Assembly (NCBI RefSeq): GCF_016432865.1 | Contig: NC_067403.1 | Location: 258,664,001-258,728,000, forward strand | DNA from: Antechinus flavipes | Lineage: Eukaryota | Direction of reading: 5' to 3' | Length of the DNA: 64,000 bases | Shown here: in pieces, positions 1 to 11,940 of the stretch | Numbering within the stretch: position 1 is the first letter of the stretch | Layout of the letters: each line of letters opens with the position of its first letter | Notes under the pieces: model-generated | Told to the model about the DNA's origin: nothing | Seen by the model: only the letters and a program-made list of their open reading frames with translations | Databases searched by the model: none | Made by a program: the position numbers and the translations under genes

Positions 1-1185
1 ATGTATGGGTGTGAAATGATGTGTCTCCTTCCCTTGTATTGATCTCATTAGGTTGTGCCCTGTCATATATCACCCCTACAACACCTGCATTCATCAGAAA
101 CTGGGGCATGAAGAGTGCAGAGAGATTGGAATAGAGTCAGAGAAACTCAGAGAGACCTGGACAGAGAGGACACAAGAAGGGATGCTGAGCTCCAGCCTTG
201 CCCTTTATCTAGAGAAAAGGATTTGGCTCAGCTGGAGAGGAAAGGATGGGGAGAAGGGAAAGAGCCCTGGCAGGGAAGGGAGGGGGACATGGCTAAGCTG
301 AAATCTCTTTTCCTGGCAGAGCACAGAGTTGGGGTAGGAACCCAGAGGCCTGAAGGAACTTAGTGGATCAAATCTGAGAGGAGACAAGGTTTGCAGTCAT
401 AGTTCCTAGAATCATGAAGAGTCTGACCTGAATCCATGCCTTCACTTACAAAATGACAGGGTGGCCTGTCCACCAAGGATGGATTCCTTCTTCCTGTACT
501 GTTTAGGACAAGGGTCATTTCTTGTAGAAGTTTCCTCTGGGCTGATGGCATATGAGACCCTGGACCGCACTTCCTAGGTAAAGACGCCTCCAGCAAGCTA
601 GAGGGCTTCAAAAAGCACAGAGCACAGGGCCTGGGTCAAGAAGCTCTGAATTCCAGTCTAGTCTCACATACACTGAATCTCTTCCTGCCTCAGTTTCCTC
701 AAGTGTAAAATGAATATCCTGAGAGCACTTACCTCTCAGGTATATTGTGAGGATTAAATGAGATATTTGTAAAGCACACAAGAGGTTTCCTGGTATTTTT
801 TCTGGTAAGTTTGTTCTTCAGTCATATGAGTGACTCATCTGGAGTTTTCTTGGCAGAGAATGGAGTGTTTTGCCATTTCTGTCTCTAGCTCATTTTTCAG
901 ATGAGCAAATTGAGGCAAACAGAGTTAAGTGATTTGGTCAGGGTCACAGAGTTGGCAAGTGTCTCAGGCCAGATCCCAGTTGTTTCCATTCCAGATCCTG
1001 GAGCTCTACCTTCTGCCATCCCCACCTGCCTGGCTTACACTTAATAAATGTTTGCTCATCCCTTAGAATGGAAACTCTGGACACAAACCTAAAGAATGAC
1101 AGAGGGAATTGTGATTTTCCTGGCAGGGAGGTGGGAAGGGCTGCAGGTGGCCTGGAGCAGGGACTTATTTCTTGGGCCTCTAGCC

Positions 1186-2163
1186 TCATGATGAGGTCTC
1201 CTGGGTGTTGGTGTGGGGGATGTCCCTCATCCCACCTCCCACCTCCTGCTCCTCCCCCAGGGCTCTCTGCAGGACCAGCCTGAGAGACTCCCTCCCTTTA
1301 TGCCCTTGTTTGCCCACAAAGAAATAAATGAAGGGGTTCATGCAGCTGTTCACGCAAGCCAGGGACTGAAAGAGGCTAAAAGGCATGAAATCTATTTTGA
1401 AGCGATCATTTATGAAATCTTGGAGCCCCAGTGGCAGGCCGAAGAGCAGGAACACAAGGACTGTGAGCATGACCAGGAGGTAGAGCCTGGGGAGCCGCCG
1501 GCGCCGGGAGCTGCATTGGACCCTCAGCAGCAGAGTCAGGCTGGACACGCACATCACACAGGTGAGGAGGAGAAACCACAGGAAGTGGATGATGAAGAAG
1601 TTGGGACAGAAGGAGTGAGGAAACACATAATTCCGAGTGACAAACTCTATGACTTCTGTCATGCCGGCCAGAGCCCAGATCCCAGAGCAGACCTTGGCCG
1701 ACATGTGCTTGGAGCGGAGACATTGGTACCAGATGGGGAAGAGCACGGAGAGACAGCGCTCAGTGGTGATCGCGGACAGGAGGTTCAGGCTCGCAATGTA
1801 GAACATGTATTGGAGGTAGGCCACTACGTTGTACGTTATAGGATAAACACAGGTAAGAAGGTTCATTAAGGACAACAGCAAGGAGCAGCAGAGGAAGAGG
1901 GTGTCGGCCCCCGCCAGGTTGAGGATGTAGACAGAGAAGGGGGTCCTCTGAATGCGGAAGCCCAGGAGCCACAGGACCGTGCCGTTCCCCAGCAGCCCAA
2001 GGGAGGCAACAAGCAGCGAGAACACGTGCATCCAAACGTCCAGAACATGTTCAGAAAAATGAAATCCTCCAGGTGTTCCAGAAACCTCACTCTCATTTAG
2101 CCTTCCCTCCGTAGCACTGCCATTACCATATTCCCGTTGCTGGGGTGTAGGGGACACAGCCAT
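1186..2163 (-). CDS. Mas-related GPCR (MRGPR family) copy 1, 325 aa, intact single coding exon
   Basis: Seven hydrophobic segments and MRGPR motifs: GLLGN (TM1), YILNLAGAD (TM2), TERCLSVLFPIWY (TM3/ICL2), FGLP with Gly at 6.48 (TM6), NSCMNPFIYFF (TM7). N-terminal NGS/NES sequons. Pyrimidine tract + AG acceptor 45 nt upstream of the ATG. Subtype not assignable by eye. Confidence 0.93.
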   Translation of the reverse strand: MAVSPTPQQREYGNGSATEGRLNESEVSGTPGGFHFSEHVLDVWMHVFSLLVASLGLLGNGTVLWLLGFRIQRTPFSVYILNLAGADTLFLCCSLLLSLMNLLTCVYPITYNVVAYLQYMFYIASLNLLSAITTERCLSVLFPIWYQCLRSKHMSAKVCSGIWALAGMTEVIEFVTRNYVFPHSFCPNFFIIHFLWFLLLTCVMCVSSLTLLLRVQCSSRRRRLPRLYLLVMLTVLVFLLFGLPLGLQDFINDRFKIDFMPFSLFQSLACVNSCMNPFIYFFVGKQGHKGRESLRLVLQRALGEEQEVGGGMRDIPHTNTQETSS

Positions 2164-4089
2164 GATGGGGGGTCCCAGCCCCAGAAAGCCTTGTTCCTCT
2201 CAGACGCCCTAGGGATGCAGAGACAGAAAAGGGCTTACTCCCATCTCCACCTTCAAGAGTTAGAGCCTCTCCTCCCCCAGAATTGTAGGTCAAGGGTAAG
2301 CAATGAATAATATTCTAGTCTCACTTACTAGTGAGAGAAAGGGCTATTTCACTCATCTTGGTAACCAATTATCCAATTAGGATGAAGACTTTTTCATTCC
2401 TATTTACTCATTCAGAAACCAGCCCCTTGTAGGTTATTAAATCAGTTTCCAAAGGACATTGTTGATAGATGAGGCATATGGAGTTTTATTGATCAATCTC
2501 TCAAGATCAGCTTAGAACATTGCTAAACTCTCCATCATTTTCATGTTTTCTTCCTGTGGTTACACTTAGGCAAAAAGTCTAGAGATATGGAAATTTAGGC
2601 AGCTCTTCTATATACTAGAGATTGAACCAAAACAGCCCTTTCAATGGGTGAATCCACTTGGCAAATTTGACTAAAGCAATTTTGTTCCCCAATTACATCT
2701 TTTGATAAGATTCTAAAAGAATTGTTTCATAAAATACATCCTGATTAATTGATTGATAGAGAAAGGATTATCTCTTAACTCTGGCTTTGTTCTGGGATTT
2801 CTTTGGGTAACTGAAAGAAACAAGGAAGCAGTAATGGGAAAGTGGGAGAGTTACCATGAATTTTTTTTAAATATATAAGCAACAAAAAATAATGGAAACA
2901 TTTGCAATGAGGTTTGGGTATTGTCACTAATCATTATAAATCAAAATTGATTGGACTGAAAATATTTTAATGGCAGGAAATTAGAGAATTGAATGAGTTC
3001 TTATATGTAGAAAAGGAATAAAATATATTTGCACCTATTTCCCAGGAGTAAGATCTGAGGGGACCACAGACCCTTTAATAAACTGCCATTGGCTCAGAGC
3101 TTTTCCCTATCTTATTGCAGTTTGGATATTTTAAATTTCCAAATCACCACAACTAACCATCATATGAGCTAAATCCTACATGCTTCACATCCTTAGTCAA
3201 CCACTCCTAGAAAGGAAAAAGGAAATGAAACAGTTTCTTCACTAATTTTCTTTATCACACTGCAGTAAACATTTGCTCAGTACTTACCTCTTGGAGATTC
3301 TGGGCCCAGACTCATTTTTACCACTGAGCTTAGCATTGAAATACAAAGACAATGAAATTGTCCCTATCCTGAAGTAGCTGATATTCTATTGAGAGGAGGC
3401 AGAGGGGAGCAGGATGCAGCCCCAGGTGCTCCCCTTATGCCAAACCAGATAATTGATCAGCACAGAACATACCTAACAATAGATGTCTGGGATTGTTGAT
3501 TGCTATGGCTTCAGTTTCTCTTTATGGACAAATGATGAGATTTAGGGCCAAATGTCTGGGAAAGGACAGATCAGTTAATTCAGACCAAGAATAAGAAAAA
3601 AAATTAAGGAGATGTGGGATTCACTCATACCCTGCATTTGGAGGATTGGGAACATGGTCTTTCACACCATTGTTCAGAGACTTCTTAAGCACTCCAAACT
3701 TGTTCTCTCTTCCAGCTGGGGACATATTACAGAGTTTCAAGGTTGGGTGTTGCTCTTGCCCTCCAAGGGAAAAAGAAAACATCAGAATACAGAAGCCGAA
3801 ATTTCTGCTGCTCCCCACTTCCCAGGCTAAGATTTTCTAGCTGTGCACATTGGTGGAAATACACAAAGTTATAAAAGATTAAACACAAATTTTTAAAGGG
3901 TTAAACTCACCAAAATCTTTAGTAGATTCGAGGATGACAAATAACGATGAAGAAAGGGTACAGTCTTTGAACTTCCCTTTTTCCTCCTCAGATTCCTGTC
4001 CCTGGTTCTTCTGTTGAGGCACGTATCTGTCCTTCTCACTGGGATATGAGAGTGGAGATAGAAGCAAGATTCAGGAGAGTTCCTCTCTT

Positions 4090-4545
4090 TCCATTATATA
4101 CTGTCCCCTCCCCTTCTCCTTGTTACACTTACTAGTCTAAAAGACATTCTATTTGCTTTCATATTGTAAAGGTGGAGATTTTCCAAACACTGACCTCAGG
4201 TCACCAATTCCCTAAAGTCTTCAAGTGCAGATAAAGCTTCCTAAATGGTGTTGCTCTGGACAAGACTTTGATTCTCTGTAAACACCAACTTCTACAATAG
4301 GACTTAAGAGGAATTACTGTTAGATTAATATGGCCCATTATCCTCTATTAACTGGTCTTTTCCATTATCTTTGCATATTTATCAGTCATGGTAGTTACAA
4401 CTTGAGAGAAAAAAAATTCCCTGTTGTTCACATGGTACATTAAGTCCTTTTCTACCTTTTACAAAACTGTTCTGAAAACAAATTGTGTATTCTCTTGTTG
4501 GCAGAGTTTTATAGATATTGAAGAGGCTCAGATTTTTTCAAGCTA
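4090..4545 (-). promoter_or_regulatory. Conserved upstream module of MRGPR units (also at 16260, 35085, 45475, 49905 and partially at 40485)
   Basis: A recurring ~450-bp block (ttctatttgcttt...gataaagcttcctaaat...ttagatt...ccattatcc) lies 2-3.4 kb upstream of each intact gene. A regulatory role is inferred only. Confidence 0.4.
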
Positions 4546-7189
4546 CAAGCCAGTATCGGAATGAAGTTTTGAGTGGCTGGAACCATGGCTTTCAAGGTTG
4601 AAATAAGGAAAAATTTACATACTGTTATGAAGACAGATATAGACATATAAACATATATATATGTGTACACTTCTTCATTCACAAAATACATAATACAATA
4701 TACATATATCTACAAGAGCATATAGTAATATACACAAATAAGCATACAATATAATGTGCCTTTTTATAATTACTCATTTTTATAATTTCTTATTTTTCTA
4801 AAAAATAGCTTTATCATTAAGGATCATGCCTAAGTTTGAAGGGACAGGTGGATTCTCCAAGGGCCTCCACATCTGTGAATATAACCCACTTGAAGGAATT
4901 GCAAAACAGCCTTTACTGATGCAGATGTGGCTTGTGAATTTGAGAATGAAATAAATTGGAGGCAAGAGGGAAGAAGGGAGAGGTCACAGAATGAACTGCC
5001 TCTCAGTCTCCTTGTATCCTTATCATCCTCTACATGAAAGGATCTGTTCTGCTGGTCAGAATTAGATCCCCAGCAGCCACAAGCAGGTGGCTCCCATAAC
5101 ACTTTATATCTTCAAAATATAGGCAAAGATAGTTTTCAACTTTCTTTCTTGCAAAACCTTGTCTTCCAATTTTTCTCCCTCTGTTCCCCCTTTTTCCTCC
5201 CTTTGACAGCAAGTAATCCAATATATGTTAAATATATGCCATTCTTCTATATGAATTTCCACATTTATAATGTGGCACAAGAAAAATCAGATCAAAAAGA
5301 GGAAAAAATTAGAAGTTTAAAAAAGCAAGCAAACAACAATAAAATGGTAAAAATATTCGGTTATGATCCACGTTTTAGTCCTCTCAGTCTTGTCGGATGC
5401 AGATGGCTCTCTCGATCCCAAGTCTATTGGAATTGTCCTGAATGGCCTCCATGAGCTCTTATTTCCAAATCTAGTAATCTTTTCTTAATTCTTATTCTCT
5501 TTGATATTCTTGCCTCCCTAAATTTTTGAATAACCTCTCCTTGTTGCACTCTTTCACATCTGACTGTTCCTTCTCAGTATCCTTTCCTAGATTCTAATCC
5601 AGATAGTACCATTTAACCACGGTTAATCTTTGTTTTTTTTTTTTTTTTTTAACTCCCACAGCTTAGCAAAGTGCCTGGCACACAGAAGGTACTTAATAAA
5701 TGGTTACTAACTTCCTGACTGACTGTTGATGCCATCAGGACTGTAGAGAAAGGTCATCCATATAATTCTCTTTGAAACTATTATAGGGTTTTGTTTTGGG
5801 AACCTGAAACTTACATTTTGGCAACTGAAATATACTGGGATTTGAGGTGTTATGATGCTCAAATGAGATAGTGGAGGTGTAACTTTTGGTAAGGTACTTC
5901 TATCATTTTTAAGTACTATAGAAATGCCAATTAAAGTAATAATATATGATGGTCAGTGTTAATAATACTGGTGATGATGATGATGATCATTTAGTCACCC
6001 ACCCTCCCTTTTCTTTATGTTCTCTTTCTTGGAGGCGAAGTTGCTTTACCTTACTGTAGATGTGGTGGAACTATATTCCTTACTATAACTGCTGTTCCAG
6101 TTTACTCCAAATCATACATGACCATCCCTATTCTAGGTGTTAGGAAGGAATATATAGCTGTGCATGAGGACTCAAAGTGGGGTTAACAAGGATAAGAATG
6201 CGTAGCATATATGAGGCTGGGCAGATGATGTCGCATTGGGAGGTTCAGAATAGTATCTTTCTTGTGGTACTTGCACAGTTCTGGAAATGAGTATTTTTCA
6301 ATCACTGACTTTTTAAGTGGTGAATATGTATGGAACTAACATATTATACCCACTTTCACAGAGTGAATAAAAAAGTAAAATCAAAGTAATCTAAGATCAG
6401 GACTAATCAGACATTAGGAGATTTGATATGTGGCTGTACTTTGGTTCTAGTGTCTTGTTAGGATTTGTATCTCAAAGCAACATCAGATCAAACATCTCTT
6501 GACCATAGCTTTTTGTTCCTGAGATTGTGTGTGCCTCTGATACCCCCCTTTCAAGGCAGATTATTGACCTTTCTTTATCCTATATTTGGATAATCTTCAT
6601 CTATGATGCCCCAATGCCATATTTTTTTTCTCTTCTCCTCCTATCTTCCTTTCCATTATCACTTTAATGAACATGGGATCTCTAAGCTTGGCTTTCTTTT
6701 TTTCCCCCTCAAAAATTCTTTGGTAAGAGTAGACTCTTAAAGAAGAGTATAATTTCTCCCAAATTTCAGCATAAAAGCATTTGACCCTCATTTAGTCCAA
6801 TGAAAATATTCAAACTTGTTTGCCTTTTTTTTCCTGAGGTAATTGGGGTTAAGTGATTTGTCCAGTGTCACATAGCTAGGATGCGTTAAGTGTCTGAGAC
6901 TTTCTTAAACTGTAAAACAAGGAGCTTTTTTTTTCCCATGGCAAATGCTCAGCCTTTCTTTAAATCTGCATGACTGTGCCTGGATACTATTACTCTTGTG
7001 ATCTAGTCACTACTGAAGAGTACCTATGTGGAAGAATCTTTATGCATTTGACTTAGAATTTTAACTCTTTCTCTACTTCTCTCTATATACAGCTAATGAA
7101 CTATTTCACCTTCATATCTGTTACTATATATTTCCGTGTAAATTAAAGTCTTTTAATTTCTCATAATTGTATGGGGATGATTAGACAAA

Positions 7190-7302
7190 GGATGCAAAGG
7201 AAGTAAATGAAGGGGTTCATGCAGGTGTTCATACAAGGCAGGTGAGAAGTGAGCCAGTTATGCATGAGCATATTATACATGCGCGCGCGCACACACACGT
7301 AC

Positions 7303-7333
<31 letters not shown>

Positions 7334-8021
7334 CACACACAGAGCAGGAGCAAGAAGCTGGTAAACAGAGTCAGAAGCTAGAGCCTGAAAGCATGCCAGT
7401 GCCAGGAATTGCACTGGACCCTCAGCAGCAGAGTCAGGCTGGACATGCACAGGATGCAGGTAAGGAGGGAGGAACCACAGGAAATAGATAATGAAGAACT
7501 TGTCGCAGGCACGGCCAGGAGACACATAATTCTGAGCGACAAACTCTGTGACTTCCATCATCCCATCCAGAGCCTAGAGCCCACTCCTCTGCAGACTTGT
7601 GCTTGGGGTTGTGACATAGCTACTAGATGGGGAGGAGCACAGGTGGACAGCGCTTGGTGCTGATCACGGCCAGGAGACTCTGGCCCATATTGTACAATAG
7701 GTATCTGAAGTAGAGCATGATTTCAAACTTTCAACAGTCACGCAAATATCCAATAAATCTAGTGATGGAGATCAGAAGGGAGCAGTAAGGCAAGAAGGCA
7801 TCAACTCCCACCAGATTGAGGATGTAGATCTAGAAGGGGTTCCTCTGAATGTGAAAACCCTGGAGCCACACACTGTTCCAGTCCAAGCAGGGCAATGAGC
7901 AGAAAGGGGATCTACGTCCAGTTATATCCACAAAATTTTCCAGCCACACTCCCATTTGCTCCTCTCTCAATGGCACTGTCATTAACATATTCTCATTGCT
8001 GGGAGTGGGGGACACAGCCAT
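7190..8021 (-). pseudogene. MRGPR pseudogene A
   Basis: Starts MAVSPTP then frameshifts. TM2 (IYILNLVG), TM3/ICL2, TM5 and TM7 (MNPFIYF) remnants lie in different frames. TM6-ECL3 is replaced by a microsatellite and there is no C-tail. Confidence 0.9.
7274..7341. repeat. Compound (CG)(CA)(TA) microsatellite inside pseudogene A
   Basis: 68-bp unbroken purine/pyrimidine alternation. Confidence 0.95.
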
Positions 8022-8133
8022 GGGAGGTAATCCCAGCCCCACAAAACCTGCTCCTCTAAGATGCCCTGGAGACACAGAGACAGAGATGGGTATTAGGGCT
8101 ATTTACTCCCATCTCCACCTTCAAGAGTGAGAG

Positions 8134-8865
8134 CATGATGCAAAAATTTTAAATAAAATATTAGCAAAGAAATTGCAGCAACTTATCAGCAGGATAATAC
8201 ACTAAACCAAGTGGGATTTATACCAGGAATGCAAAGTTGGTTCAGTATCAGGAAAACTATTAATATAATCAACCATATCAATAACAAAACTGAAAGAAAT
8301 TATATGATAATCTCAATAGATGCAGAAAAAGATTTTGACAAAATATAGCACGCATTCCTATTAAAAACAGTAGGGAACATAGGGATAAAGGGAACTTTCT
8401 TTAAAATAATGAGCAATATCTATCTAAAAGCAGAGCAGCAAGCATTATTTGTAATGGAGAGAAGCTGGATGCATTCCTAATTAGATCAGGGGATGATACG
8501 AGGATGTCCATTATCACCACTATTATTCAACATTGCACTAGAAATATTGGCTTTAGCAATAAGAAAAGAAAAAGAAATTACCACTATTAGAATAGGCAAT
8601 AAGGAAATAAACCTATCATGCTTTGTAGCTGATATGATGATTTACTTAGAGAATCCTAGAAAATCATCCAAAAATTTAGTGAAAACAATTAACAGCTTTA
8701 GCAAAATTGCAGGATATAAACTAAACCCACACAAATCACCAGCATTTCTATGTATTACTGACAAAGCCCACCAGCAAGAGATAGAATGAGAAATTCTATT
8801 TAATAGTCTGCAGACAAAATAAAATACTTAGGGATCTACCAGACAAGACAAAACTGAAAATTTTT
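8134..8865 (+). mobile_element. L1 ORF2 (RT) fragment
   Basis: [17 protein letters not shown] and FVADMMIYLENP motifs. Duplicated at 20580-21300. Confidence 0.9.
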
Positions 8866-9733
8866 AAGCCCTCAGTGTTCTCTAGGGACTTTAACTTCTA
8901 GGAGGGACACTGACCTGCAAGCACATGACCTTTAATTACTTAGGGAATTATGGAATTTTATTGAACAGTCTCCCAAGAGTAGTTTAGAACAAATTGGTGA
9001 GGTTTGAAAGGGACCCCAAAAGGTTAGGTTCATAGACCAAATCGTGTTGTGAGGTATCTCAAAAGAATTTGCAGGCTTGAACCCATTTCCAGGTCAAAGG
9101 ACAAAGTTTATTGTAAATGCCAATTGAAGCAGTCTAAATTTCAGGAGAAGCAAGGAGACAAATTTATAAAATTAATCATATTATTGATATGCTAACTTAG
9201 TGCCCTAGAGGTAGAACCAAATGATCTCAAGAATTTGATTATCACTGATCAGAAGATCTAGGAATATCTTAAAGCCAGAAGATTTTGGAATCATTGACAG
9301 ATAAAATTATTAGAACAATAGCATTCTTTGATCTCAGGGCCTCAGGATTGATTCCAGAGCCAGAAGATTTAGAGTCATTGACAGATTGTTAGAAGAGAAG
9401 CCCCCCTAAAGTTAGGGGACATTAAAATTATTGATGTCTCCCCCAGAAGCTATATTGCATCAAAAGGAAGTATCGGTATTGCTAAATTCATTTTCATTTT
9501 TTCTTCCTGAAGTTACCCTTTGGCAAAAAGTCCAGAGAAATAGAACTTTAGTTGGCTCTTCTGCATACTAGAGACTAAACAAAATATCACTCTAAATGGG
9601 TGAATCTAAGTGGAAAATTTGATCAAAACTTTTTGTGTTGTTGATACAAATTGTTACAAAATTACATTTTTGATAACTCTAAGAGAATTAGTAAAATTAG
9701 GCTGAAAACCTAAACCTTAGCTACAAATGGTGA

Positions 9734-10345
9734 TGTGTGGGATGGGGAAGACCCCTACCCAAAATGACTACTTAGATATCATTCAAAGAAGAAAGCAGAA
9801 TGATTGTTTATTATAGCATCTCATAAGAGGTAGGGCAGTCCAGCTGCTAGAGATAAAGGAAAATGAAACTACTCACAGTAGGAGCGTCCAAGAATTAGTG
9901 AATATATACAGCTTTTATAGATTTTGTTACTAGGAACTACACCACAAGTAAGAGAGCATTAATGGAAGTGTATCTAATTAGTTGTTGCTGTCCCAAGAGA
10001 TTGGAATGAAAGGTTTCTGACTTAGGCCTCCAGGCTTTAGATAATCCTGCTGACAGTGATCAACTAATAGACTAAATATCAATAAATGTCAAACACTGAT
10101 AAATGTTACCAACTGAGGTTAAGTAAATATGCCTGTAACTAACAAAGGGTTAAGTAAATCTAGGCCTGCACATATTGTACTTATGCAGGTCATATGGAAA
10201 CACAGGAATAATGAAAATAAAGAAAAAGGATTCACACATTACTCTAAGTTCTTTATCTCTCCATTCCCTACAGGGATAGGGTAGTCACTGGGCCACAGAG
10301 CTGTAGCAGGATACCTGGATCCAAATTTTTCCAACCTTCTTCCTC
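9734..10345. mobile_element. Possible LTR-like repeat
   Basis: Starts TG exactly where unit 1/unit 2 homology ends. Composition is LTR-like. Family not recognised. Confidence 0.35.
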
Positions 10346-10369
10346 CAGGGTCTTAAAGCATGCCGATTT

Positions 10370-10770
10370 CTTTTTTTAATTAAAGCTTTTTATTTTTCAA
10401 AGCATATGCATGGATAATTTTTCAACATTGACTACTGTAAAACCTTGTGTTTCAAATTTCCCTCTCCTTTCCCCCATTCCCTCCCCTAGATGGCAAGTAA
10501 GCCAATATATATTAAACATGTTAAAATATGTTAAATCCAAAAATATATGTATATGTATACACACACACATATTTATACAATTATCATGCTGCACAATAAA
10601 AATCAGATCAAAAAAGAAAGAAAAAATGAGAGAAAACAAAATGCAAATAAACAACACCCAAAAGAGTGAAAATGCTATGTGCTGATCCACACTCAGTTCC
10701 CACAGTCCTCTCTCTGAGTATAAATGGCTCTCTTCATCTCAAGCTCATTGGAACGTGTGTCCACCAATTT
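10370..10770 (-). mobile_element. L1 3' UTR fragment
   Basis: Poly-T start. Homologous to 59430-59800. Confidence 0.8.
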
Positions 10771-11119
10771 CTTAAAGCCCTATGGATGGAATTGAAAGGG
10801 TCATTTTTCTGCCACCTTAAATTTTGGGGCTGTGTATGTTTATATTGGAATCGTTATTCTGAAACTGAATAGATTATTACTATAAAACTAGCACATGTTA
10901 AACTTGTTAACTTGCTTATTCTGGTATAAGACTTTAGAAATATATGTGCATTGAAGTATTGTTACTAGACATTTAAATACATATTTGATTTGATTTTAAA
11001 TTAAAAAAATTTTTGGTTCTCTGGTAACTTACCTGAAGAGGTCACATGTTTACATGTTCTAATTAGATGAAACACATGGGGAAAATAGCAGCACCCATAT
11101 TCCAGGTATAATTTTGTGA

Positions 11120-11575
11120 CAATTCATTCAAAGTGTTGGAGATGCTGCTTCTAGATGTACTTGAGGGAGTGAAGAGCTTTATCTGCCCCCTTTAGAATAT
11201 GGACAGGAATTCCTTGAGAGGATCTTCTTGACTTCTGGTAGGATGATGAAATTCCCTTTTTTTGCTGGTGTCTACATTGGTACAAGGCAGAGCACACTGT
11301 GCATGCTATGAGTACTTGGCTCATTTTCAGGCTACACAAAGTTGTTTACAAACCTTTTTGTCACTTACAATTATTTTACTAAAGTAAAATAAAGTTTAAC
11401 AACTTGTCACCAAACTGCTGTTCAGAAACCCGGTTTATGCAGCAACAACTTCATGCTGAGCAATTTCCTGGCCTCTCTCTGTTCCATCAGCTTCCTTCTG
11501 CTAGCCTCTCCCCCTTGGTCAAACATTCCCCTTTGTGTTCAGATTCCTAAATAAATTCGTTGCTCCTGTGCTCCC
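11120..11575 (-). repeat. Interspersed repeat of uncertain family, second copy at 62600-63090
   Basis: Clear local homology with 62600-63090. Minus-strand ACTVCSALYQC is reminiscent of a LINE ORF1 zinc motif. Confidence 0.55.
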
Positions 11576-11844
11576 CTTTTAACAGGAACCGTTATATACA
11601 TTGTACATTATGACTAAGGGGAAGTAATACCAGGAATGTTGAAAGGGTTTAACATAAAGAAAAATATCAGCATAATTGATCACATGAATAATAAAGGTTA
11701 AGAAGAACCATGAGTTTACACCATTTGGTGTCTGAACCAAGTACAATATGGAATTTGAAATCACTAAGAAAAAAGGTCATCGTCACTTGAGGAATCAAAT
11801 GGGGCTGAATGATTTTCACACTTGAGATATTACACAGGAAATGG

Positions 11845-11940
11845 TTGTTCAGTGTGTTTCTCTGTGTGTGTGTGTGTGTGTTTCCTGTGTGGTATACATG
11901 TTGTAATGTATGTTTGTGTGGTGTGTGTGTTATGTGTGTG
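11845..11940. repeat. Degenerate (GT)n tract at the left edge of unit 2
   Basis: Directly visible. Confidence 0.85.

Larger units (their letters stand above)
1..9730. repeat. Segmental duplication unit 1 (MRGPR + pseudogene + flanks), extends off the window to the left
   Basis: Collinear with ~11930-26480: position 1 matches ~11930, and both end near ccttagctacaaa(aa)tggtg. Flank identity is roughly 88-94% by eye. Confidence 0.9.

Noticed and set aside
1213-1869. Long antisense or alternate-frame ORFs over MRGPR genes (also 13547-14203, 13783-14253, 32540-32980, 41644-42015)
   Set aside because: Expected shadows of GC-rich, Leu-rich coding sequence. Their starts and ends are not conserved between paralogs.
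9270-9400. Short tandem agccagaagattt..gtcattgacagat repeat as a CRISPR-like or regulatory array
   Set aside because: Only two degenerate units in eukaryotic DNA, most likely part of an old repeat.
10397-10690. Small ORFs in L1 3' UTRs (also 37344-37646, 49437-49688, 59473-59826)
   Set aside because: Recurrent frames of the same L1 3' UTR consensus.
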